Assembly: GCA_905178155.1 (NCBI GenBank)
Contig: CAJINV010000002.1
Coordinates: 5,870,476-5,934,475 of the forward strand
DNA: 64,000 nt
Origin: Amoebophrya sp. A120
Lineage: Eukaryota; Protista; Dinoflagellata
Direction: 5' to 3'
Shown here: positions 24,337 through 37,400 of the stretch, piece by piece
Numbering within the stretch: position 1 is the stretch's first letter
Layout: each line of letters begins with the position of its first letter
The notes under the pieces: generated by a model
Seen by the model: only the letters and a program-made list of their open reading frames with translations
Database searches by the model: none
What the model was told of the DNA's origin: nothing
Program-made: the position numbers and the translations under genes

Positions 24337-25639
24337 TTATTTCATTCTTCATGCGTGCAATTCAGGATCTCGTAGTGGAAGTAATCTCTATTCTCTCATT
24401 CATGATAGTTCTGGTCCTCGACCTCGACCTCGTGGTCGTGGCTCGTTTCTGCATGACACATTATAACATCATCACCTCCATAGAGATACCACAGCAGTCG
24501 CACTTCCCACCATCGCCGCGGTCGCCACCGCGGTGCGCGTCGCTATAGTGCACGGACAGGAGGACATAATGTTCCGGCTTTGTTTTCGTGCTGTATGAAA
24601 TAAACGACAGATCCGTTCTTGATACAAATCACAGTCCACCCCGGAGGACTCAATGTGTTGTTATTTGGACACTCAATGACAGAACTGCTCTTTTCGTTGC
24701 TTTCATTTTCAATTTTCCTGCAACTTCTCTTGTTACACGATCCACGACAGGTATAATTGGACGACGCGAGACGAGTTTGAGTGTCATCAAGTCGGCTCAC
24801 AGAGGACAGTGAATTTTGCTGGCCCTATTGATGTCATATTCTGTACGACGGACACGAGACCCTGTTGGTTTCTTTTTTGCTTCTGGCACTTGAATAAATG
24901 CAAATATCTCAGTCTACTCACGATACGACCCCGTAAACAAATAATGGATATACATTGTTTACGACGTGCGTCACGAGGTTGACTTGACATCAATTTGAGC
25001 CATGTCCCACACCCACGACAAAAAGAGGACGACTTTTCATGGTCATCCTTTGAGTTTCCTATGAAAAAAATAAAACGAGGAACAGCAAAAAAGCATTACG
25101 CTGCACTGATCATTGCGCACTGCCCATGCTTGACAAGAACGTCACCATGATAAGCCAGTCACTGATAGACTGTGACGAATTCCACACATCACCTTAAGAG
25201 GAAAGCGCATGACACCTTCCACGACCCTTATTCAAGATAATTGTACAGTTCATTCGTGAATAAAACCTTTATCGCAAGCGGAAGACCAAGCGTCCTCGTA
25301 CTTGACTAACAAATTATTTGCGAAATAGACATTAGACAGAAAAAAGAAGCGCTAAAGTTCGAAACAGAAAGGAAAATGATGCGACGCAATGAATGTACTT
25401 ACAAGCTGCGCGTAGGCAGCGAATCGTCTGCGTTAATATCAGTTTCAGTCTACTGCGCCAACTTCTGAAAGTGCTACAATCAAGAGAAGAAAGTTGAAGT
25501 CCAGCCCAAGAAAAGTCAAAATATAGAACAGCCCAAGACGGAGCGAGCCGTTGGAAAATCGAATCTCCTCGAAAATCTAGTCGAATGCTAATGCGGTAGA
25601 AGTTCACTCACTGCAACCTGACGGCTCAGAGGTCCACGC

Positions 25640-28600
25640 CTACACGCCACCAGGAATTTTCGGCCGCTCCTCTTCCTCAGCAAAGTCCCTGCAGGCTTTG
25701 ATATGCTGTGCAAAAGCATCGTACTCGTAGTAATTGCAGTCACGCATTACAAATTTTTTTCCGAAGGTAAATCCGCATGACAAAGTTTATTTATTCTCAT
25801 GCTGAGGAAATTTGTAATGCATTTATTTATACATATACGAGTACGATACCTTTGCAATTCATACTTGAGAAAACTACACAAAACATCCTTCATGTAGCAC
25901 CACCGCTTTTCGTCTTTCACATGGCTCCGTGGCCAAGCCTATGCGTTGCAAATATGTCGGAAGCGGGAAATTTGAAAACTTGTCATGCTGCTTTGGCGAG
26001 AAGGAGAGCATCATCAACATCATCATCATCATCATGACTCAAAACTCTGCATGATGACTGCATGTTGTGAAAGAGCACGCCATAGTCTATGCGTCGATGC
26101 TGATGGATTTATTTACTTATTCTCAGGCGAAATTACACGAAAGCGTAATGAGGACTAGATGCAGAGCGATAAATGCAAATAAGTAGATAGCCACTCAAGA
26201 AATTGCCCTGCTTGGCCGCTTGCATTTGCACTCGCTTTATCAACATCCGCGATATCGTCATCGCATCACATTTTTCCAAAAACCACCTAGACATATTTGC
26301 AGTTGATAGCCCGACATGCCCGCCTGTGGCGGTCATCAGGAGGATTCCTTTGTGCGAGGCTTCCCTCGCTTGGTTCATTCTGTAGGATACGCCGCAACTG
26401 CTACTAGTACCACTTCCTGATTCCGACGTCTTCAACGCCGACAAGACGTGGTCCAAGAAACCCCAGCTGGAGCAGACCGGATCGTCGAGCGCGTGCAGAA
26501 ACAGGGTGGGACACATTTGCAGCTGGGACAGCTCGGTGCGCTGACTGGCGTAGTAGTTGGCGAGGCCCTGCAGCCCGACCCCGAACCGGTAGAAGGGGAC
26601 GGCCAGGTAGGTGTCAAAATCCGCACAGTTGTTCGCTTGCAGAATTCGCTTGTGGTCCAGCTGTAGCTCCGGAATGTGCTCCTGGGACGAGGCCTGTAGT
26701 TTCGTCCTCGGTGACGAAATGTTGCTGCTGTTATCCTTAATATCCTCTCCACTGGTAGCTGTACCCATGTGGTTTTCGTTTTCCCAAAGGTGGAAGTGGT
26801 TGGGCATGCCGATCCCGTGCAAAAACGCGTCGTCGGGGTAGTGCAGCCAATGGTCCGCTGGCGCAGATGTAGTCGTGGAATCTGTCATGCTATCCGGCAT
26901 TCGAAAGTCGGGCACCGGATTTTGGTAGTGGGGAATGTCCGAGAGCCGGATGGGTGGGATTCGCGACTGCAATCCTCGTCGTGTTTGTTCGCCTGCTGCG
27001 ACGGGATGTTGAAATTCATGATCCGGGTAGTTGGAGATGGTTTTCTTGGTTGGGGAGGGCGACGACAACGACGATGTACTGCCGCTGCCCGCTTGTTCGA
27101 CCACACCCATAAAAGGGGATGAGCTATTATTTGTTGTCGCAGGAGGCGATGTTGTGTTTTTCTTTTTTGGATCGATCTTCTTGTTCTTTATCTTCGTCCT
27201 GTTCGACTTGTCACCAGTCTGCGTCATCATCCTCTCTTCGACCAGTTTCCACCACTTTCCGAAGTTGTCTTTCAAAGCCGCAACCAGCATCGGCTGCCAC
27301 ATCCGGTGCCCCCGCTGCCGAATCATGTTCTGTAGGGTATTCTGTTGCCCCGAAACCACCACTGCACCCCGGAGTTTCAGGAAGGAGTAGTCCATGACTT
27401 GTTCTTCGAGAGCAGTAGTAGGCACGGACGTGCTGTTTGATGGTGCTGAAGCTGTTGTCGTTTTTGCAGCAGTCTCCGCAGGACATAGGGAAACTCTGTC
27501 GAACAGATTTTCCCCACAGTGGCTGAGCACCTGACTCAGAAGAATCCCGCCCATGGAAAAGCCGACGCAAAACACGTTTTCGTAGTCGTAGCCGGCATGG
27601 TACCAGAGCTTCAAAATCTCCTGCAGTGCGATGCGGACGTCCTCGAACCGCAAGGCGTTCCAGATGGAATACGAGTTTGCGATCGGCGTCACGCCCATGC
27701 CTCTTGCGTTAACGCAACAGACCGCCATCTTCTTGCGATCCCGAAACTCCTCGACGGCATCTAATACGTAGATTTCGTGGGACCCGCCGTTCAGGCCGTG
27801 TAGCAGAATGACGAGCGGCAGGGGTTTGCGCTTTTTACTAGGTTCGTTCTTGGTCGTTGCACTGTCAAAAACCCCCGCGACGTCCACCTCCGTGCTCGGG
27901 AACGTAAAATCCACCGCAATGGCTTCTTCCAGGGTCGTACTGCTGTCCTCGCAAGAAGGCGGAGATGAAGCAGTAGTGCTTTGCTGGTCTTTACCCCGCT
28001 CCACGCCGGGTCTGCCTGCCGGCACGCGGATCCAGACCCGGCAGTCGTATTTTTTTCCCTTCGGGGCCTTGTAGCAGGTGTAGGGCACCAGTGTGCAAAT
28101 GTCGCCCGTTTGCACGCCCGGCAAAAACTTGTACAGGTACTTTACCCAGAACGCCTCGTAGTTCTTCTCGTAATTGGGGAAATTGCAGTGCTCACGCCAA
28201 TAGCGGACGAAGGAGGACAGGTTGTTGGAAGATGTGGCGCTCATTCTGGTGGTGGCAGCGGTTCCGAGTTTGCGCGAGCATAAGGACGAGGGTGCGGTTT
28301 TGCTGGAAGAATAAACACCGCTGCCACTTGCGCTGTTTTCGCTGACCACCGTGGTTGTGGTCGCTGTGCTTGTATCTGCGGGGGTGGTCCTGCACCTGCT
28401 GTTGTTGGACGTACTATTCGTGCTTGATGCGGTAGTTGTAGAGAGTTTGTTCCCGTCGTTCGAAGTAGCCGTAGATGAGGATGCCGATGCTGTCGTCCGA
28501 GTGCTGGCTGTGGACGGAGTGTGGGAAATGGGGTCTGTGGAAACCATAGCAGTATTTTCCCCTGCACTTGGCTGATCCTCTTTATCGCCATCAGCTTGAG

Positions 28601-30263
28601 GCGCGACCACGGACACCACGGCGGGCGAGCTGGGTTCCATTTCAGCCAATTCCAGTTCTACTTCTGAATTCTTCGCGTTCATCATTCTGGATTTTCCGTT
28701 ATCAACTACATTCTTTGCACCCGAAGAACTGCTGCTGCTACTGCCGCCGTCAGTAGGAGTTTCCCGCTTTGAAAGCAGATCACCCGCAGCGCCGGTATTG
28801 GCCGGACTGCTCGAGGACGCGATACCATCCGCAGTAGGAGACGTCCCACTTTGCCTTGCTCGGCCTCCGGGCGTGGTCCCGAAAGTGAAAATCTTCTCCA
28901 ACAATTGCGCCGAGCTCATGACGCTGGTGATGCCCCCACACAAACCGGATTCCACCATAATGTTGTGGTTTTTGGCACTAGACGTCGATGATTTGCTGTT
29001 GCTTTTCGACACAGGAGACGACGAAGCCTTCGCAGACGGAGGCGATGTTGAAGTTGCTTCGGTTCTTGTCCTCCCATCGGCAAATTCGTTTCCCATTAGA
29101 TCCTCACCTCTCGAGCCAGACGATACTGCTCCGCTTGGTGAAGATGTCATTCCGCAATAGTACAATCCGGGTTGGATCAGGTGTGCCAAAGATTTGATCC
29201 GCTTGTTTTCCTCTGGCCACACGCTATAATCGGGCCGCCACCCGGAGAGGTGTTTTTCAGAGAAAAATGCGACGGCGAACAGAATCGCGAACCACCAAAA
29301 AAACTGCTGGAAAAAGCGGATCGCGTGGACCGTCGCGCTGGAATGGTGAAAGAGCGAGTTGGAAAAATCTAGAAAATCCATCGCAGTGCTGGTATTCGGA
29401 TTCCCACCACCTCCTCCTTCTTCGGTAGAAGTGCTATTGCTTGGAAAAAGCACGCAGATGCCTCCGCCGACCAGCAAGACCAACACAGCGACGACCGGCA
29501 AAAGCAAGCGAAAAACGAACTCCACGAAACTGTAGAAAAAATCGGTCCCCATGACTCCCTCCCGGATTGCGCCCACAAACGTCGTCGACTCGTACAGTGT
29601 GTTCTGGGGGTCTTGCCCGAGTTTCTGCCCCCGCCGGTGCAGCTGCTCCAGAAAGGGATACTCGAAGGAGACTTTACTACTTTGGCTGCGGCTCTGGTTG
29701 TGAGTGTGAGATGAATCAGCACGACTTGGAACAAATGCAGCACTTTTCCCTTCTTGGTGTTGACCTGCCTGCCAAAGATGATCTCCACCCCCTTCAACAG
29801 CTCTTCTGAACGCCGGAGGCGCGTTCAACTTACTTTCCTCCGTAGTCGGAAAAAACGTGTTTTTCGTGCAAAACTCCGCCTTTCTCCATCGTTCCGAGAT
29901 CGACTTGGTCCGCGGGGGACTGGACAGCTTAGGGTTCTTCACAGGCGTCGTCTTCGGCTGCTTGTTGCGGTTTGAGGAAGCTGCAGGGGACAACTTTTGG
30001 TCTGAAGACACGGGAGGCGTTGCTGGGGATAACACAACTTGCTTTAGTCCCTTCTTGTTCTTCTCGTTATTTCTCTGCGGCGTGTAATCGGAGTTGTTCT
30101 GGAGGTTGGGACCCTTCGGGTTGTTCTGTCGACCATTTGCACCACCAGCTCCACGCCTCTGTCGCAAAGTGCTAGAGGAGTTCTGCTGCTCGTCGTTTTG
30201 TGCTAAGGAGTTGTTCTTATCCTCTCTGTGGTCAGTGCTGGTGTTCTGCATTTTGGCCGACAT
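25640..30263 (-). CDS. Alpha/beta-hydrolase of the YheT/ABHD1-3 type with two N-terminal hydrophobic segments
   Basis: VILLHGLNGGSHEIYV, NARGMG, nucleophile GFSMGG, LHALDDP, TGGHVG. Removing 25940-26308 and 25702-25863 (each +5) gives GHVGWPRSH...RWCYMKDVLCSFLKACRDFAEEEERPKIPGGV*. Confidence 0.85.
25702..25863. mobile_element. Introner, 'TATG-TGCAAAAGCATCGTACT' family
   Basis: TIR tatgctgtgcaaaagcatcgtactcgta / tacgagtacgatacctttgcaattcata; TSD TTTGA/CTTGA; homologous to 59582-59734. Confidence 0.85.
25940..26308. mobile_element. Decayed introner, family 1-like
   Basis: Ends tatgcgttgcaaatatgtc and gacatatttgcagttgata; TSD decayed; +5 excision gives the expected GHVGWP motif. Confidence 0.75.
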
Positions 30264-31474
30264 GGTTAAACTGATGGAGGGCTTTCAGACTTTTATTGAA
30301 TCTTGGTCTTGGATAAAGTTCAAAAATTGATAATTAACTCCCGTTCCCATGACGGGTACAATATCAAGGCTCCACCCCTAATTTGTATGAAAACGTGTGC
30401 AGTGAGTGAGAATGTCAGTGGACATTCGGGTTTGATTTAGCAAGAAGATTGCGGCGATACGATTTGTTCTTTTTTGCGACCGTTTGCACTTTCGACGACG
30501 AAATGTTAATGTTCGAAGTCATCGTCCACCTTGGTTTTACTTTTAACTATGCGCACGAATACGAGCACGAAAAGCGAGCGAGCGAGGAAGGGACAAGAGC
30601 TCTCACACCAATAAAAGCTAAGTACTACTGCCTTCGAGCGTATGATAGAAGAGTCCGACCTATGTCCGCATCTATTTAATTTTGCGATGTCGCAAAGCTT
30701 ACCACCGATGCTTGCGAAAAATTGATCGAGGATGCAGAAACACCTCCTTGGGAGCAGCAGGGGCGGGCGAGTGATCTTCCCCCACCACCTGGCCTGTTGT
30801 GTGATTTTCCATAACGGAGAAGGTATCGAGACATCTGGTTTCTCGGTGAAGAATCCAACTTCACAGCTTTGAAGATGGCTCGATCATTACCGATGTCTAT
30901 CGACCGTACTCCAAAACCAAATGCAAATCTGGTACCGACGAGGAATGCGCCTTGCATTTCTTGTTTGGCCACACACGGCAAAGATACTTCGCGAATTCAC
31001 AGTTGTATGTCACACCGATACTTTTTTCTTTTGTCTTCTTTCAGCTGTGACCTTTTGTATGCACCAGCCACAGCCTGTGGAGAATTTAGAGAGCGCTCGG
31101 GACACGGTGCGCATACGTGCTTTTTTCATGCGAACACGGAAAATCAAAGACAAAGTCAGTGAGACACAAAAACTCAGCGGACTACTACAGTCCGCGAACA
31201 GGTCGCACAGGAACTGAACTGTGGACTCTGCTGGAGGTTCATTTGAACTGCATCGCTTAGAATTATGTCCTGGCTTATCGTCGATATGTACAGTGCTCGT
31301 TCGCGGGTGAATCAATATTTGTGCCAAGAAAGTGAATGTCTATGTCGCGTTCAAAGTGTAAGTCGTATAGTAGAAGAGGGGTAGCGTTTTGCAGCTGCAT
31401 CGGGGGGCCGAGACGGGGCCTTGCCGCAACCTCCAACTCCATCTTTCAGTTTCCTACCGCTTCCCAGTACATTT

Positions 31475-34400
31475 TCACTGAAAGTAGTCGTAATGCACCG
31501 GCGGCGGCGCACTGCCGACACCCCCATAGATGCCCGTAGTTGCGTAGTGTTGCTGCGCCTGCTGGCTGTCTTTGCCTTTTGCAGCACCACCTCCATATGG
31601 GTTATGCTGTTGGTGCTGTGCTGGATTAGCAGGAGAGGATGCAAATGTTGGTCCGCCTGCCCCCGGGTGTGCTGCTGGTTGCTGATACTGGTGATACACA
31701 ATGGTCGACGCCACTCCCGATGCACCCACGGGGGCCGCGGAAGCGATGCCACTGCCTGCGACGGATACGACACCGGGCGGCGCAGAGGCGATACCGCCTC
31801 CAGCATTGTGCACCACGTAAGAGGATGTGGGCGCAGTACTACTAGGTTGCCCTCCAGCACCAGGCGCTCCTTGCCGATTGTACGGGAGATAACGACTTCT
31901 GTTCGAACTTGAAGGTTTTCGGTAGTCGGCGTCCACTCCAAGGCCTGCGAAACTCGGGTCTCCGTGGAGATATTGCGATGAATCAACATACCCGGTTTGT
32001 TCATGGTGACTGTACGGGTCCTGGTGGTGATGCTGTTGCTGCTCGTAACCACCTGTCGATGAAGTACTGCTGGCCGCCGGCGCTCCTGGCGCACCTCCTC
32101 CACCGTACGGATTGTTGCTCTGGTGGTAGTGTGGCTGGTGCGCAGCAGTGGGGTTTGGCGACTGCTGGTGATGCACAACCCCGTAAGGGGGTGCCGAGGA
32201 CGAGGCAGACGACCCTCCGTACTGATGCTGCTGGCCTGCGCTACTATACTGATCTGGTGCAGTACTGTAGGTGGAAGACGTTCCTGCACCGTACGCGACC
32301 TGCGGATGTTGCTGTTGAGGATCATAATACGAGGAGACACCACCAGGTCCTCCGGCATGGTCTCCTGGCTGGTAGTATGATCCTGGTCCAGCCGCGCCCG
32401 CACTGGCGGAAGAGCTGTACGGCTGTTGCTGTTGTCCTCCGCCACTGTAGAAAGAGCCAGTCCCAGACGGGGCACTGCTAAACGAGCCATAACCTCCTGC
32501 ACCAGGAGCTGGTGCACTTTTCTCACCATACTCGCCAACATTGTTGTATCCGATGGCCGGCTGCAGCTGCACAAAGCCATTGTTCTTGTCCGGACTGTTA
32601 TCCGTGCGGACGTGCTCGTCCCAGCCTTGCGGCACCTTGGTCGTCGTGGTGGTCCACGTTTCCCGGTAGTCGCTCCCACGCCAGTATTCTTGCGTTTTGT
32701 AATACTCAAACTGCTGGGTGTGCTGCGTCTGCGTGTGCTGGAATTGTGGCGGCTCGGGCGGAGGGGCGTGGGGCGGAGCACCAGGCGGGCCCTGGTTGAA
32801 GTGCGAGTAGGTAGAGCTTGCTATACCACTTGGCGGAACCACGACGGAATGGTGACCTGGCTGCGGCGGCGGGTGCACGGAGGGTGCGACGGACTGGTGG
32901 CCGGCACTGCTGTGGTGGGACGGCGGCAAAGTTGAGTGATACCCTTGCTGTCCGGGAGGTTGTGCTTGTGCTGCACCATAATGGTGCGGGGCAGGCTGGT
33001 GTATTATTGTGGACTGATGTCCCGGCCCTGCTCCGGGTGTCAGCACAGGCTGCTGTAGCGCAGGTTGATGATGGTGAGGTTGCACAACGACTGTGGAGTG
33101 ATGACCTGGGGCAGGATTATACGACTGTTGCGCGTTAGTAGGTCCGCCAGCTTGTGGTGCGTAACTAGACACCCCGACTTGCAAGGCCGACTGGACACCT
33201 CCCGGCGCAGCGGAACTACTGTACGTGCTGCCAATGCCCGTGGCGAAAGTCGATGCTGGAACCAAATGGGCTGAAGGTGTGGCTTTCCCCGCGTGATGAA
33301 GATGCGGCTGGTGGTGGTTGTACACAGAAGCAGTAGCACCATAGCTCGATGATGTAGACGATGAGGAAGGCTGCGCTCCAACCAGCGGAGGCAGAGCTGC
33401 GGCAGGAGTACCGAAAGAAGCACCTCCGCCGGCTGTAGTTCCTCCTCCTGGACCACCCGCTCGCAAGCTCGACGTGGGCGGAACGACGTGCGCGACCGGC
33501 GAGGGGGGTTTCAGCTCCTCTTCGTTTTTCACGAGCTTCTTCCGGGTGACGACTGCCCCTGTCTTCTTGTTCACAAACGAGCCTGCGATCGGGTCAAATT
33601 CCACATCCTTCGTGTCCTCCTCGTGGAGGTTGCTCTTTTCGGTCTCTTTAACCTTTTGTGCTTGAGTTTGATCACTCTGGGGATCTCCTGGCGCTTTGTT
33701 ATTCAGCCCCTCCTCGACAAGGACAGCAGCATTACCAGCTGCACCACCTTCTGCTGGACTTCCTTTGGGAAGATTTGCTTCTTCGTTTTTCTTTCGCTCC
33801 TCTTCTTTCTCCAAATATTCGCGGTCCTTGCTGGATACAAAAGAGGAGAACTTCTTCCCGTCCTTGCCCCCGATTTTTGCGAGAACGTCCATGAACGACT
33901 TCCCATCGTGCGACATCGGCTGCTGCGCCAGCGACGGTTGATGGTGTTTCGGCCCCTTCTTGTCGCCAAAGGCGCCTCCTTTTGGCGGGCCGAATTTCCC
34001 GCCCTTGGACGAAAAGGGCGGCTTCATTTTTCCGTACGGTCCCGGCGCAGAAGTAAACGAAGATGGTGCAACTACGTGATGAGGGTCTGTGTAGTAGCTC
34101 TTGCCGCTCTTGTAGAATACATCCTGCTCCGGTTGCACTGTACTACTGGCCGCAGGTTGCGAACCCGCAGTAGCCGCCTTCGGCTTCAAACTTGGCAAGT
34201 CGGCGGCGGACTTGCCCTTCTTGGCCAACAGTTCGGCTTTCTCCGCTTCGGAAAGCAGATCGTTTTCCAACAGGAACTCCAGCGAGGCTTTTTGCGTGAC
34301 CGTTTTGTTCTGGTTTTCGGATGGGGAGCTCGCGTCGTTCTTGTTGTTTCCGTCGTTATTAGTTGCATTTTGCCCTCCTGGTCTCTCCGGCTCGCCGCGG

Positions 34401-37400
34401 TTGCTACTGCCCACCGAGGATCGGCGGTCATCTAGTTTGAGGCGATTCTTGCTTGTTTCAGGCGAAACCGATCGCCTGGTGGAGTTCTGGTCCTGCACAT
34501 CAGCAGGCTCCTTCTCAACCTCGCGCGGTGGGGCCGACTCCTCCTTCAAGGGTTCTAGCTTCTGATTTTCCTTGTCGCCCGCGATCACCCTCTCTCCGCC
34601 GGTGTAACTGTACACATCCTTTAATTCGCGTCCGTCGACCGTGTACTGCTTGAACTTCGTTTCTGCTTGTTCTGGCGCCTCGTCTTTATTGTTCCCCTTA
34701 TTCGACGTCCCACCTTTCAGTCCCTTCGCTTTGTCTTTCGCGAAAGAGTCCGTGAAGTTGACCCACCTCCCGGGCGCATTCTTCCCCTTCAACGGGATGA
34801 TGTCAACACCGATGCTGCCCGCGGAGGGCAGCTCCAGCACAAGCGTATCTTTCGCATCTGACATGCCCGGCGGAATCAACCCGCCCTGCACGTTGTTGCC
34901 CATGGGCAGCGGCTCCGGGAGCAGCGGCCCGCCCATGCTGGATTCGGTGCCTCCGATGGGCGCGGGCGGCGGGAAGTTGAATTGCGATGAAGCACCTGCT
35001 CCGGGTGGAGACAGGAACTGATCGCGCTCTACATCTTGCTGCCGCAGGTTTATGTTTTCCTCTTCCTGCACGACCTCCGCGGGCCGTTTCCTTACCTTCG
35101 GCTGGTCGATGGGCTCCATTTTGGCGTAGGCGTCGATCAGTTCCTGGGGTACGCGATGCACCACGTCCCCGGCCTCCTCGAGCGCGCCCCGCAGCACCGC
35201 CATCTCCGCCTCGTTCTTCTCCCGGATCAGCGCGAGCTCCCGCTCCTCCTCCAACTCTTCCTTGTACTTCAGCGCCTCTTCCTTCGTGGCGTACTTCTGC
35301 AGGCCCTCGTGCCAAAACACCTCGGGGTCCTTCTTCTGCGACTTGATCGCGATGCCCATCTTCCGCTTTCCGCCCTTCTTCGCCTCCTGCCACCACTTTT
35401 CGTCTTTGGTCAACGGCCGGTTTTCGTCCTCTTCCGGCCACGGGGTCGGGGCCGGGCGGGTGGACGCTTTGCCGCCTTGATGTTGGTGCATCATATACGG
35501 TGGCGCGCTGGCGGCACCGTGCATAAATAAAGGCTGGCTCGGTTGGGAGGAGCTCGAGCCGCCCTTGTTGGCCGAAAGCAATCCGAGTTGTTGGCTCATC
35601 ACCCCACCGCCAGAGAGTGGAAGGTGCGACATCGCTCCTGGGTGATGTTGATGATGATGAACAGAAGCTGGCGCCCCAAGATTTCCAGCTGTTGCGACTC
35701 CAGAGACAGGACCAGCAGCGCCTTCTGGAGCTGCACTGGTGTTTGCACCTCCAGTGGTCCCCGCTGGCGCTTCCGGAACCACAACATCGGGCTTCATCAG
35801 GGTTTCCGCAGCAAATCCAAGAACCGGTTGGTCCTGTTTTAGCTGCTCGTTGCGCACCCGGTCGAGTTCCTGTTGCAGCTGGTCTTCGTTCGAGATCGGG
35901 TTTCCGTTCTCGTCCAACACCTCACCTATCGTGTTCAGGATGCTCACGCTAGACTGGTGGCCAGCTTGGTACGCACTGCTATCATTCTGGTGCATGGTTT
36001 GCGCGGCCGCGGGCCACATAGAACCTTTGCCGTCTTTCTGCTGGTATTGGTTGTGGTGCCAAGTTGATGCCTTGCCATCGCTCTTTTGTGGAGGCCAGAC
36101 GGAGCTCGAGCCGTCATTCTTCGCCGGCCAAACTGAAGACTTGCCATCATTCTTCGCCGGCCAGACTGAAGACTTACCGTCGTTCTGCGGCCAGACAGAA
36201 CCTTTACCGTCGTTCTTCTGTGGCCAGACTGAACCTTTACCGTCGTTTTTCTGGGGCCAAACGGAACCTTTTCCGTCGTTCCGTGGCCAAACGGAACCTT
36301 TTCCATCGTTCTGTGCTGGCCAAACAGAACCTTTCCCATCGCTCTGTGGCCACACCGAGCCCTTGTCGTCACTCTGGAACTGCGGGACAAAGGTAGATGC
36401 CACGCCCCCCTGCTGTTGCACGAACACAGACGCCTTTCCCGCAGGATCCTGGTGCTGTGGCGGGACAAAAACCGACGCTTTGCCATCAACATTCACCGAC
36501 GGTGCTCCTGCTCCCCACGCCATCTGTCGCAGCACGCCGGCGGGCAGCGCTGTGTCTATGCCACTGGATTGGTGGCCGAAGTTCCACACACTGTCAATCC
36601 CCGAAGAGGATCTTGCTCCTCCAACAGGCAGGGCGGGATCTGGCTTCGGCTTGTCCTGCTCCAAAGGCCCGTAGCCATAGGGGTCCGAAGGCTGTTGTAG
36701 TACGACTGATGCAGTTCCCGCCGCGTGCTGCTGCTCTGCCCGGTGCGTTTCCAAATAGTCGTCGACCATGGGGTGCTGCTGTTGCCAACCAGAGCCGTAC
36801 GCGTAGGAATCGTGTGGGGTGTAGTTTTGTTGTTGGACGAAGTTGTTCTGGGCGCTTGTGTCGTCCGGAACTGCATCCATCTCCCACCACGGCTTGCTTG
36901 GAACATTGTTTGCCCCTCTGCTATCCGGTCGTCGGAACGGCATCGTATTTGGCGGCGGCGCGGGTCCGTAGCCGTAGAAATTGCTTGCGCTTTCGTTTGA
37001 TTTATTGGCATGTGCCGGTGCCCCGGTCGTGCCCCACCAGTCCTTGCCGCCACTGGTGCTACCGGTGGGAACACTGTAGCTGTTCGCGTGGACGATTTGG
37101 CCCGTGTTGCTGTCGATCACATAGTAGTTCTGGTCGCTGAAGCCGGAGTAGTGGTAGCTGTCATCCCATCCGAGGTTCTGGCTTTCGAAGCGGGTGGCCT
37201 GGGCCTGGACACTGTTGTCAAAACCAATCCCTCGCTGGTCCATCACCTCCAGGATGTTGGACGGGGGCTTCCACCCACCCTCGGACATCATCAGTTCGCG
37301 CTCCCAGATCTTCGGATCGTTGTTTCTTTTCGCTTTCACGGTATCCAGCAGCCCGCGGATGCCGCCCTTTTCGCCCTTGTGCTTCCACTCCTCCTGGGCG

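Noticed and set aside
24329-24420. Possible TAT-ended intron upstream of the DnaJ exon
   Set aside because: IR is weak, the +5 rule fails and the upstream exon cannot be defined.
31351-32781. 476-aa alternative-frame minus-strand ORF
   Set aside because: Overlaps the main CDS in another frame and has no independent support.
36011-36376. Regular ~30-bp repeats as a CRISPR array
   Set aside because: No unique spacers, in-frame coding repeat, no cas genes, eukaryotic context.
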